A stretch of 64,000 nt of DNA from Octopus vulgaris (GCA_951406725.2 OX597820.1:98952001-99016000); one strand, 5' to 3'; positions 11,823 to 24,959 are shown, counted from the first letter of the stretch. Notes: generated from the letters alone by a model not told the origin. Translations and numbers: made by a program.

Positions 11823-12512
11823 TATAAGCACAAATTTAATAAAATATTTCTACACAACTCGCCGAAATTCAGGAGGAGAATTCAATTTTGGCGTTATTGA
11901 TGTGAAATATATATAACTTTACATAAAACATAAGCTTGTATTTGTCGGTATACAAATTCTTTTAATTCAGTTACTTCATTCAAATTTTGTATTATTTTTT
12001 ATACATTATGGCTTTTAAATTTGAGTTTTAGTCACATCTGATTTTTTAAATTAAGTTTTTTAAAACAGTTATTAAAGATTTCTTTCAAATCAGCTTTCAG
12101 ATCACGTTTTTAAATCAACTTTAAATCCCGCATGTATAATTTAGGGTATTATAATTATTTCTTCAGGATGTTAATAAAAGTTTTATTGGTCAAAACTCGA
12201 TTGTTAATTTAACACAGGAAAGGCTTGAAAAGGGATAGAAAACCTAGACATTTAAGTATGAATATGAATTAACAATTACCGAATGAGTCACTATGGCGGA
12301 GTGCAGGAACAAAATCGCAAGTAGGTATGTATAGAAAGAATAAAAACAAAATATAAATCTATACAGACAGAGGTATCTAGGCATATGTATGAGTGCAAGA
12401 ATCCATGATTGTATTGTTATGCGTATATAAGCACAAATTTAATAAAATATTTCTACACAACTCCCCGAAATTCAGGAGGAGAATTCGAGCATGGCGTTAT
12501 TGATGTGAAATA
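11823..12512. repeat. Direct repeat of about 87 bp (period 603 bp), third copy at 10018-10082
   Basis: tataagcacaaatttaataaaatatttctacacaactc.ccgaaattcaggaggagaattc occurs at about 10020, 11823 and 12426. Confidence 0.85.
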
Positions 12513-12628
12513 AATATATATATATAGCTTGAAAATATGTGGAAATATATAAAAAGTGAAAGAGAAATGGCTTCGTTCCACATAGTTTAATATCTTTTTA
12601 TAAAGAAATTTATATATATATATATATA

Positions 12629-12742
12629 TTGGCCTGCTCGCTTAGCCAGCGGGGTGGCGTCATTCGAAGGCTAAAACAATGCGAACGCATTGTGACCAGC
12701 GATGTGTAGCAACATCTGATGGCCTGGTCGGTCACGTGATAG

Positions 12743-12749
<7 letters not shown>
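12629..12749 (+). mobile_element. Solo 3' module of SINE family B in (TA)n
   Basis: ttggcctgctcgcttagcc...gtcacgtgat; same sequence as the 3' part of 14548-14854 and as 31724-31837. Confidence 0.85.
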
Positions 12750-12806
<57 letters not shown>

Positions 12807-12978
12807 GAATGTCGTGATATTTAACCGGTTTTCGCTATTCAAATTAGCTTTTCAGGGGACGTTATGAACTAATCATTTCTTGTGACAAAGGAATCTTGCC
12901 CTTTTGGATACTTGAAAAGTAAGAATAAGTCTAGAGAGTGGACAAAGGGAGGCAACATGTACATATATATATATGCGT

Positions 12979-13045
<67 letters not shown>

Positions 13046-13284
13046 ACAATAGTCTCTCCGAGTCCGAGAAAGACGGTTCTGTAATTACTTGCTGATAACC
13101 AGCACAGATGATTTGTTTACAGTGATTAAAATATTTGTTCTGTACATCAACTTTATTTTAAGAAATATTGTTAAATGCTTTTCGATTATTTATAGTTAAT
13201 ACATGTATTTTTATATATTTATTTGATAATTAGTATAAGTTAAGTACATTTATTCAATCATCATTTTTTATTATTTATTATCTT

Positions 13285-13404
13285 AGACCTGATGAGTGAC
13301 TATATTTTTAAATAGAATTAATTTTAGTTCGATTTAATTTTGAATCGAATTGATTTTATTATTATTATCTATTTGAAAATATAGCCATGAAACGTGCGTA
13401 GTCT
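13285..13404 (+). ncRNA. Intact-core type-I hammerhead ribozyme with 93-nt stem II domain
   Basis: agac-CTGATGA-gtgactatatttttaaataga...tctatttgaaaatatagccat-GAAAC-GTGC-GTA-gtct; 4-bp stem I; 21-bp stem II with one mismatch; predicted cleavage after 13400. Confidence 0.85.
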
Positions 13405-13650
13405 TTTTACTATTATTTATTATTTATTGTACTTTATTGATTTTTAAAATATGTTTTCTTTATAGTATATGTTTTCTATATGGTGTGATAAACATATTTC
13501 TCTATTGAATTGTTTAATAGTGTTTTTCTCTAAACTATATACATTTATTACATATTGTGAAATTTAATTTAAAATTTTTAAATTGGAATTTTCCCTGTAA
13601 GTTTTGGAATTATATTCCCTACTATTATAATTATATACATACATACATTC

Positions 13651-13701
<51 letters not shown>

Positions 13702-14547
13702 CATGCATGCATGCATGCATACATACATACATACATACATACATACATACATACATACATACATACATACATACATACATACATACATACATACATACTT
13801 TATTTGTGGGTCAACGAAGTTATCATATATGATGTTAAAGCGGCTAGGTGATTCAATTATAAAAGATTTTGGTAAAACAAAAGAAAATGAAATGGTTAGT
13901 TTTCTAAATTAAGTAATATTTAGAAATAAGAATGTTGAAAATTGCTAAGCATTTATAAAAGTTTATTGCAAAATTCATTAAGAGTTGGTAAAAATGCAAC
14001 CTGTAATAAAAAATTTTAGTTAATGAATGGGAAATCAACTAAAAATGTGAAATGCAGATATGTTCAAATAAAAAAGAAATGTGAGAATTGAAGAAAATGT
14101 GTTGGAGATTCTAGAATAAGCAAAAGTTATAGATGAAGAAACTGTGAGATAACTTATGTCTAAAGCCCGATTGCAGTGCTATCCAGTTTGATGGCGCCGA
14201 GTATAATTTCAGTATAATTTTTTATGATGACCGAAATCTTAAATGTGTTTAGTGAAGTGTGGGCAGGTTCTGAATGTTTTGCTCTAAGCATTTAAGTAAG
14301 CGCCTAGTTCTAAGATGTTTGGTATGAAGCTACTACGAGATTTTAAATCCATTAATCTATTTAAATAGTGAGCAGGTTTTTAAATGTATCTGGTTCAACA
14401 AAATCTATTCAGAAATTCAAATCGAATCAGATTTTAAGACTATGTAAACTATTTAAACGGATTAATATACCTAAATTATAGTTCCTAAATTATGGTTTAC
14501 TCGTATTTTGTTTGCGAATACTCTTGTTCCCATGAATATATACATAC

Positions 14548-14854
14548 ATCACGTGATCACGTGACTGACCAGACCATCAGATGTTGTTATACATCGCTGG
14601 TCACAATGCGTTCGCATTGTTTTAGCCTTCGAATGACGCCACCCCGGTGGCTAAGCGAGCAGGCCAACAGAAGAAAGAGCGGGAGAAAGAGTGGTGAAAG
14701 AGTACAGCAGGGATCACCACCCCCTGCCGGAGCCTCGTGGAGCTTTTAGGTGTTTTCGCTCATTAAACACTCACAACGCCCGGTCTGGGAATCGAAGCCG
14801 CGATCCTACGACCGCGAGTCAGCTGCCCTAACTACTGGGCCATTGCGCCTCGAC
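14548..14854 (-). mobile_element. tRNA-derived SINE family B, full length, (CACGTGAT)n tail
   Basis: Head tggcccagtagttagggcagctgactcgcggtcgtaggatcgcggcttcgattccc has A/B-box-like motifs; shares its head with 23808-24160. Confidence 0.85.
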
Positions 14855-14895
14855 ATATATATACATACATATATATACATATGTATATATATATA

Positions 14896-14966
<71 letters not shown>

Positions 14967-15034
14967 TGATAAAAATGGTAAGATAACAAAAGAATGAAAG
15001 AGACATCGGTATTATGTAAATAGAGGAATTTATC

Positions 15035-15144
15035 TGTAAATGTAATATGTGACAATTATTCGGTAGCCATGATAAAACTCCACCTCGACATCCGAAACTC
15101 GGAGTTTTATCATGGCTACCGAATAATTGTCACATATTACATTT

Positions 15145-15147
<3 letters not shown>
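15035..15147. repeat. Perfect 47-bp inverted repeat (19-nt loop) in a (TA)n-flanked island
   Basis: Arms 15035-15081 and 15101-15147 are exact reverse complements. Confidence 0.9.
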
Positions 15148-16030
<883 letters not shown>

Positions 16031-16117
16031 AAAAGTAAATAGTAATAATATATATAATATGTGATATATGTTTTAATATGAATATATTATAGATTATACT
16101 GTTTATGTGTGTAACAC

Positions 16118-16330
16118 AGCGAGCTAGCCGAATCGTTATCGCACCGGGCGAAATGTTTAGCGACATTTCCTCTGTCTATACGTACTGAGCTCAAATTCCG
16201 CCGAGATCGACTTTGCCCTTCATTCTTTCTGGTTCGATAAAATAAGAACCAGTCGATGACTGGGAGTCGGTGTAATCGACTTACCACTACTTCTAAAACT
16301 GTAGGCTTTGTACCAAACTTTGAAACCAAT
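16118..16330 (+). mobile_element. SINE family D (Meta-domain-like)
   Basis: gggcgaaatgtttagcg...tcaaattccgccgagatcgactttgccc...gataaaataagaaccag; about 10 copies in the window. Confidence 0.8.
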
Positions 16331-16479
16331 TTTTTCTTATGTGTGTATATATAGTTAAAATAACTCTTTTTATACATATGAAGAATGTTAAAATTGACAG
16401 AATAAAGAATTCAATAAAAGCATAGAGAATTTAATATTTGTAATAATCCTATTTAAAATTTTATGAAATTTATAAACTA

Positions 16480-18623
16480 CACAATGTAACACGTTTTGTT
16501 TATTTGTATTTTTAATGTTCATATATGCATTTTTTGCCACTAAATTCAAAAATCACATTCATTTTGACGTAACATCGATAGTTATTTATTTATTCCTAAT
16601 TTCATATTTACTCGTTATATTTGTAACTTTTCTCTACAGCACTTTGTTGGTTTAATCGATTCTAGTCGTGTAGGGATAATTACACAACATTTAGTACTTT
16701 TTCATATACTGAAAGGTATGTAGGAAGTATAATATTAGAACAAAAAGAAACAATAAAACTGCACTGTAAATGCCTTGATACCTCTTTTCTTAAGATGAGA
16801 AGTGCTTTGACGATCGAGATTTTCTGGAGTGTATACCTTCATCTCTTCTGACAAGAGACCATATATAATCTCCCATCATAGCAATATCCCATCGTCCTTG
16901 GTATCTTCTTTCCATAATTGCGATGTCCCGATGAAATCCTTCACCATGCTCCTCACTGACATCACCCAAGTTTACGGGGGAAAATCTAGGTGAGAGTGCA
17001 AAAAATGAACCTTTAAGGATATACAACCCATTTTCTTGAGGTTTTCAATAAGCTTTGCTACCAGCTGTTTGTAATTAAGATCCTTATGATTTTCTAGAAA
17101 TCCACGAACTACATCATGAAACGCACACCAAGCTTCTTTTTCAACTTTTGTCATCGCACTTTCCAGTTTCTTCGACTTTAACATTGCATTTACTTGGGGC
17201 CCAACAAATATGTCACCCTTGACCTTAGCCTCAGATAGCTTTGGAAACGTAAGACAAATTTCTTGAAAAGCTGAAGACTGTTTTATTAATCCGAGTTTGA
17301 TATGAAGTGGGGGTAATAAGATTTTGTTGGAATCTACTAGTGGTTGTTTGAGAACATTTAACATTCCTGGCTGCAATTCCACTCGTGGAGGCCAATGTAC
17401 TCTCTTGTAATGATGATCCTCGGCTCTGCTGTCCTATAAGCAAAGGAAACATGAATACTTTGTGTATCCCCCTTGCAAGCCAAGCAAGAAAGCAAGCATC
17501 TTGAAATTACCACAAACATCCCACTTGAACTCAGCATAATTTATTTTGTCGAGAAGTTCTTTGACATTGGAGTGTGCAAGAGACAAAGAAGGATATTTAT
17601 TTTCATTGTGGAGCAACACTGCTTTGAGACTTCGTGTTGCCATTCTGCAGAATCATATTTGAGTCCAGTAGCAGTAAACAAACCAATCACATCTTTACAA
17701 TAACACAGATCATTAATATTTTCATAGTAAATTTCAAATTCTTCATGGCGTTTCCAGTACCGAGATGTCTTTCAGTCTTCCCCCAGTAGATTCCATTCCT
17801 TCAACCTTGATGAAAGAAGTTCAGTTCCTAACTTAGTAAGACCCAGATCCCTGATTAAATCATCAAGCTCACTCTGATTTGGAAAGTGAGGCTCCGAAGT
17901 CGTTCTTGGTACGAAAGTTTCCTCCATTTCTTGGCTGCTGCTACTCGTTGACTCTTCAGATGAAATATTTTCTGGTGGTAGTGATACTCGTAAACTGTTA
18001 TTATGTGGGACAGGTGCTCTAGATGATGGTATGTCTGGATACTGAAGAGCTTTTCTTCCTTTCACTTTTCTGTACTTTGTCACATTGATCATACAAAAGT
18101 AACAGTCATCGCGATGGTTCTTTGGCTCTCTCCATACCCTTGGAATGGCAAAAGGCATTGACCTTCCTGTACCTCTTAACCATCCTTTTAAAGCAGATTG
18201 ACAGTTTCCACATATCACATGTTGGGGCCCCATGGTTTGTCCTAGTCACTCATGGGCATTCTGAAATAGTCTGTATGCTATCCACAATTTGGCACCATTC
18301 ACGATCTTATGTAATACCTGCTTTTTCCAATATAATAACCACACACATAGCAAAATGTATCTGGAGAATTTTTAGATACTCTAGTAGCCATCCTGAAAGT
18401 AGCAGAACTTAGTAAGTGGTCTGAAAGAGAAAATTAGACATGCATTTAGTAGCGGAACATTATAACAATACTGAATACATAATAATATTGAAAGTCGACA
18501 TATTTTCTTAACTGTTGATGATACGCAAAAATAATTTCAGTTTTGGAATCAGCAGAAAAAATGGATTGATAAACAATAAAAAAAAATACAATAAACAAAT
18601 TTTTTTTTTATTGTTACATTGTG
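16480..18623 (-). mobile_element. Full-length decayed Chapaev3-like DNA transposon (2144 bp)
   Basis: Perfect 12-bp TIR CACAATGTAACA at 16480 and 18612; CTA 3-bp TSD on both sides; frameshifted transposase: MATRVSKNSPDTFCYVCG, WREPKNHRDDCYFC, SLKAVLLHN, LPPLHIKLGL, LKVHFLHSHLD, VSEEHGEGFHRDI. Confidence 0.85.
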
Positions 18624-18763
18624 CTATTATTACAGACTCTACACACTTCTATGACAGGTATGTGTTATACATTTCGAACGCTAGCACATAACATTGAATG
18701 TATATTTCTGTGTACATGTGTATATATATATATGTATGTATGTATGGATGGATGGATGGATGG

Positions 18764-18825
<62 letters not shown>

Positions 18826-19009
18826 ATGTGTATATGTATGTATGTGTGCATGTATGTATGCATGAATATACCCACGTATATTTGTGTGTATGTGTACATA
18901 CGTACGTGCATAAACAAGTGTCTTATTCCAAAGTACTTCGAGCCATTGACTAAAGTCGATAAAAATTATCAAACTTTTATATCTATGCTTACTTATTTTG
19001 ATACCCTAT

Positions 19010-19043
19010 GATATAATAATAATAATAAAAATAATAAAAATAA

Positions 19044-19120
<77 letters not shown>

Positions 19121-19129
19121 GTAGTAGTA

Positions 19130-19211
<82 letters not shown>

Positions 19212-19311
19212 TGATGATGATGTTGATGATAATAATAATAATAATGATGACGTTGATGATAATAATGATAATGATGATGATGATGATGATGACGATGACG
19301 ACGACGACGAC

Positions 19312-19350
<39 letters not shown>

Positions 19351-19352
19351 AA
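19010..19352. repeat. (AAT)n grading into (GAT)n/(GAC)n microsatellite
   Basis: Directly visible. Confidence 0.95.
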
Positions 19353-19525
19353 TATTAGCAGATGGCTGTTTTAATATCTTACATTCTTATGTGGGGATTT
19401 TTTGGTTGTTGTTGTTGATTTGTTTTACACCCTGGCGTAATTTTATATGTTATTCTGTTCTTGACTAATATTCCTTTTACACTTGATGTGCCTGTGTGTA
19501 CTTCGATGTGGCTCTATTGAGAGTG

Positions 19526-19556
<31 letters not shown>

Positions 19557-19793
19557 ATATATATATATCGACATACATGCATATGTACACACATATGCTT
19601 GTGTGTGTGTGTTATGTATGTAGCTGTATACGACTGCATATGTATGTGTGTGTTCGTGCGCGAACGCTTATACACACACGCGCGCACAGACATACATTTA
19701 CATCTGTATATATATTTGTATATATACATACATACACATATATATATATGTATGTATCTATATATATATGTACACGTATACACACACACAAAG

Positions 19794-19857
<64 letters not shown>

Positions 19858-20486
19858 ATCTATATATATATGTACACGTATACACACACAAAGACATACA
19901 TACATACATACATATATATATCTGTATGAGTGTATGTTTTTCTTTCATATCTTTAACAACAACATCTTTAGTTTCTACAAGCTGGGCGATTCCGTCATCA
20001 AAAGCAATATAATATTACAATAAATTTATAAATCTTCACCAAATAAAATGATTGTACGCCGTAAAAATAACACCCTAACACGCTGCACATTTTATACATC
20101 AATCGCTATTTCCAAAAGTCAAATGTTATTTCTTGGGAGATTTTTACGCTAAATTTCTTGTAATTTTTCCCCTTCATTTTTTATTTAATTTTCTTTTTTC
20201 ATATTTAGTACTCTACCTATCTTTGTCTTTATTTCTGTAATATTTTTTCAGCCTTAAAAAGGAAATAGATGAAACATCGTATCGTTTCGTATGCGTACAG
20301 ATGTAAGGCAAAATTAAGAGGACTCTACATGTAAATCAAGTTTGATATCTCATTGCCTTTTTATATAATTATGCAAAGGTTTCCATCTGCGAAAATGGTA
20401 ATATACCCTATATGCTTGTCTTGACCTGCAACATTTGTAAAGTATTAATATACATAACAATAAATTGAATGTATTATTAAATAAAT

Positions 20487-20529
20487 TGGTCCACGAATGA
20501 GGGCGTGGGTTCGTATCCCACTCCTGACA
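20487..20529 (+). pseudogene. 3' half of a tRNA-Leu-like gene
   Basis: tggtc-cacgaatgag-ggcgtgggttcgtatcccactcctgaca gives variable arm, T arm (B box) and acceptor 3' strand typical of type II tRNA-Leu; 5' half absent. Confidence 0.7.
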
Positions 20530-20542
20530 GGTTATTTTTATA

Positions 20543-20707
20543 GGCGTAGGAGTGGCTGTGTGGTAAATAGCTTGCTTACGAACCACATGGTTCCGGGTTC
20601 AGTCCTACTGCGTGGCACCTTGGGCAAGTGTCTTCTACTATAGCCTCGGGCCTTGCCTATAGCCTTGTCAGTGGATTTCGTAAACGGAAACTGAAAGAAG
20701 CCCGTCG

Positions 20708-20781
<74 letters not shown>

Positions 20782-20988
20782 TGTGTCTGTGTATGTTCAC
20801 CCAACATTGCTTGACAACCGATGGTGGTGTGTTTACGTCCTCGTAACTTAGCGGTTCGGCAAGAGAGACCGATAGAATAAGTACTAGACTTACAACGAAT
20901 AAGTCCTGGGGTCGATTTGCTCGACTAAAGGCGGTGCTCCAGCATGGCCACAGTCAAATGACTGAAACAAGTAAAAGAGTAAAAGAGT
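20543..20988 (+). mobile_element. SINE family A, full length
   Basis: tRNA-like head (gtggctgtgtggtaa...gggttcagtcc), CORE-like gcaccttgggcaagtg, internal (TA)(GT)n, (gtaaaaga)n tail. Confidence 0.9.
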
Positions 20989-21009
20989 AGAGAGAAAGAA
21001 AAAACATAC

Positions 21010-21662
21010 TACACAGCACCGAAAGTCTCCCTAAATTTATAATCCGGCATATTTTGCAATATTTTCACTGATCCACTAATGAAATCGTCTGGCCTTCTGA
21101 CTCCAAGGGATTGGATTCATATCAATACTTCTTCCTTGTAAATTACCAAAATCAAATCGTTATGTGCAAGGACACCACTGATTTTTCATTATCATTAGTT
21201 TTAAAGACTAGACAGTTAACCATTTTGCCAGACCGTCTGCGGTCACTTTAATATTTTGACTCTTTGCTTCTTAAAATCATGAACAATAGATGAACCGATG
21301 CGTTAGATATCACAAAGCTTTCGTACGGAAATACCCATATCCATTTTTTTCAAAAGTTCTACTTTATCTTAGATCGATATGGATTGGTGTTTACATTTAA
21401 CACTACTACTGATGCACTCAGTTCTCTTATCTATAGTAGCAATAGATAAGAGTAAATTTAAACAGAAGAAGCAGAGGATCTCTCAGAGTTTTTTTTAGAT
21501 CGCCACTAACAAGTGCAGTGCAAATATTGTTTGTAAACAGACGGTATATGCAACGCCAACTGTGATCGTGTAATGAACAACGTTGGTGGCCACTTCTCCC
21601 TTAATTTATCCAAATTATATGAGGTACCGGACCATGAATTGCAAAATCAAGGGTTGACTCTT
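21010..21662 (-). pseudogene. pogo/Tigger-like transposon remnant (CENP-B-type HTH)
   Basis: Hand translation near 21250-21410: KCKHQSISI*DKVELLKKMDMGISVRKLCDI*RIGSSIVHDFKKQRVKILK. Boundaries approximate. Confidence 0.7.
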
Positions 21663-22348
21663 ATATCGTATATAGTCGAACTCTTTCTTCATAAATCATA
21701 CCTCACGCGCAATTTCATTTTTGATCAGCAAACCAATATGGCGACCAATGTACAGAAAAAGGGAGACAACGTTCCTCCACCTTCGAAACAGTATACAGCC
21801 AACAGCAAAATATTTGTAACTACTTCCCACAAAAAATAGAATACTCTTTTAACACTCGGGAATTTAAGGACTCTCCAGTGGAAATCATGATTTTCACTAC
21901 GTTTTTTTTTTGTTGTTTTTTTTTCAAATTAACAAAATATTTCGAGAGACTCTTTGTTTTATCGGGACCGTTTGAGATGCAGACAGAATATAAAGTTATT
22001 AAGAACCGCTTCACATGTCCAAAAAGCAGATTTCTCAAATCCTTCTAAAATATAGTAGCAGTTAGACAAGAATTGCATTGTGAACGCTAAATTAAGTTTT
22101 CGGGAGAAGATACTACATGTCATTCATCAGATCAGCGAAGTTGATCAAAGTCTAAATTAGTCAGTATGTAGATAGTTGACAGTATAAGAAACCTTTCTGC
22201 TATGGGAATCTACTTTAAATGGTCAGTATGAGTGGGAGGGTAAAAAAGTTTGTCTCACAACCAAGGAGGTTCGAGATCGATCTCGTTGGGGGACGAACTG
22301 TAGATTGAAATTTCTTTGAAACAAATTGTGTGCGCTGAAATCCTTTAG

Positions 22349-22412
<64 letters not shown>

Positions 22413-22663
22413 GTATATGTATGTGTGTATGGGTGTATATGTGTGTAGACAGGTAGGTGTATATAAATTTATATACATACATACATACATACATATACAT
22501 ACACAAAAATATGCACAAACGCACGTACACACACAAAATCAAGTACACGAAAACATACACACACAAACACGTATACGTACATATATATAGAAATATATAT
22601 ACGTATATATGAGCGTGTTTGTATATATGTGTGTGTATATATATATATACGTAAGTGTGTGTG

Positions 22664-22694
<31 letters not shown>

Positions 22695-22698
<4 letters not shown>

Positions 22699-23280
22699 GG
22701 TAATAAATTTAAATAATTTATTACTAGTGGTTAGCATGCATAAATAAAAGTCATAAGACATATTTTATAAAATATAAAGTGTATAAAATATTTTTATGCA
22801 CAGAGAGACATTTAACAGAATTCCTAAACACTTGTAATAAATTATATTAATTTATTACCCTCAAATTACGAGAGTAATATGTATTTATAATTCTGAGGCT
22901 ATATAGGACACAGTCTTAAATTTGTTTATCTACTGCTAGACTATACGTTTACGCTTGCGCACTAAGTTCGAATCCATAATGGATAAAGATGTAGCTGTCT
23001 TGTGCACGTGTTTTCGGTACGTATTTGCAACTGCATAACTATTCATTAATTAGCGATTTAGCTGACGATCTACAGATTCCAAATTAGTTTATTCGGCAAT
23101 TAATAGAGAAACTCGAGTTCGAGATTAACTAATTCATTTTTTGTTCGTTATGGCGTTATAACAGCGTGCCTCATGAATTCCTTTTTTCGTGGTTTGGGTT
23201 TTAACTGCCCTTTCTAGCATGTAAAGAATCCTGTCAAATGTCTCCTCTCTGTGTATAAAAATATTTTATCCGCTTTATAT
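22695..23280. mobile_element. HHR-bearing Penelope/retrozyme-like island with inverted and permuted ends
   Basis: Inverted repeats 22772-22823 / 23226-23280 and 22695-22709 / 22849-22863; HHR at 23056-23125; TA-rich flanks. Confidence 0.7.
23056..23125 (+). ncRNA. Intact-core minimal hammerhead ribozyme
   Basis: atttag-CTGACGA-tcta...taga-GAAAC-TCGA-GTT-cgagat; palindromic loop III; stem I has one mismatch. Confidence 0.75.
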
Positions 23281-23356
23281 ACATATATATCTATACATAC
23301 ACGCACACACGTACGCACGCACGCACACACATACACACACACATACATATATAGTC

Positions 23357-23600
23357 CTTACTCGTTTTGCGGTTCGACAGACGCCCTAAACGAGGTTGGT
23401 TTTCCAGCGACAAGTGACCATTCCTAAAGTGTGAAATCCACTCATAAACTAGTGTTTTTCTCATAGTAGCATCCTTGTAAGCTGTTTGAAGCATGGCACT
23501 GAAGCCGCCGTTTTCCCCAGCAGAAAACAGGATTTCAAGGAAGCACCCTATTCATTCGTTTCAGCCATGGCAAAAATCGATAAACAGGGGATAAGCACTG
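23357..23600 (-). pseudogene. mariner transposase N-terminal (HTH) fragment
   Basis: CFLLGKTAA...MLQTAYKDATMRKTLVYEWISHFRNGHLSLENQPRLGR. Confidence 0.8.
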
Positions 23601-23807
23601 CAAAGCAAAGACGCACCACGTGGCAGTAGGACTACACTCGATGACACCAGTTGGCATACTGATGCCTGAGAATCGCATCAAGTGGCTTCTAGCGGCGGAA
23701 GAAAACCAAGGGGAGAGTGATTATTTATTAACATCCAAAACATTTTTATTAAAAAGTTTTCTACAGCATAAATAACGGTGACTAACATATGTTTCTACTG
23801 CAGCAAC

Positions 23808-24160
23808 TTACGGTTGATCCGAATCAACAGAACAGCCTACTCGGGAAATTAACGTGTATGTGGCTGAGCACTCCACAGACACGTGTACCCTTAATGTAGT
23901 TCTCGGGGATATTCAGCGTGACACAGAGAGTGACAAGGCCGACCCTTTGAAATACAGGTATAACAGAAACAGGAAGTAAGAGTGAGAGAAAGTTGTGGTG
24001 AAAGAGTACAGCAGGGATCACCACCATCCCCTGCCGGAGTCTCGTGGAGCTTTAGGTGTTTTCGCTCAATAAACACTCACAACGCCCGGTCTGGGAATCG
24101 AAACCGCGATCCTATGACCGCGAGTCCGCTGCCCTAACCACTGGGCCATTGCGCCTCCAC
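23808..24160 (-). mobile_element. tRNA-derived SINE with family B head and an alternative 3' body
   Basis: 23962-24160 is nearly identical to 14667-14854; the remainder is unrelated to the family B tail. Confidence 0.8.
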
Positions 24161-24784
24161 TTACACATTGCTCTGTATGCAATTATGCATCATAATCGCT
24201 GTAATTTCATCAAGGGTCCATCACCTACGACGTTAGTATTCAACTGAAGGTGATAAAGTTACTTTTTAAATCGAATTGAATTCTGAATCACCTTTACTGG
24301 TATATAACAATGAAGGTCGATCGTGCCTTCAGATCAGGACATCCGAAAAAGTGAATGGACTATAGAGATATCATTACATATTTCCGTATATTGACATGTA
24401 TTCAATATCATTTTATAAATTGCATAACATTGTTTGGTACAAATGATATCGTCTATTTACGGAAACAATTGTAAAGTCAATTTTACTTCTTTCCTCATAT
24501 AAATTATTACTTTTAGCATTCTCTTTTGGGGCTTATACAAAGCCCACTGGATCTTACCTTGGAGTTATATAGTCCTCCTTTTAGTATCAATTACGGATCT
24601 CTTTTTGATCTTGGAATACTATGCTAGCCACGATCCTGCATGATGTGCTAATGAATTGACAGCCAGGATAATAATTATCCCCTCAATTTATCCTTCTATC
24701 TATACACACACAGGCAGACACACACACAGGCAGACACACACACACACACACTCACACATATATATATATGCATACATACATACA

Positions 24785-24825
<41 letters not shown>

Positions 24826-24959
24826 GAGCAAAACGCCTCCTCCCCCCACCGTCCAATGGACGGTGCTGAGTTGTCAAACATTTACACCAAACATTTTTAA
24901 AACAACTTGTCCGACCGTCCCATAGGCCTCCCCTTTGAGAAACACTGATTTAACCTAAA

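Noticed and set aside
11700-12170. CCGAGGA and CTGAAGA boxes on the minus strand
   Set aside because: No properly placed GAAA-N-loop-NUH or stem I partner was found.
12822-12855. CTGAAAA-gcta...tagc-GAAAACCGGTTA (minus strand)
   Set aside because: Good stem II and palindrome, but G8A and no stem I; counted only as a possible decayed remnant, not a feature.
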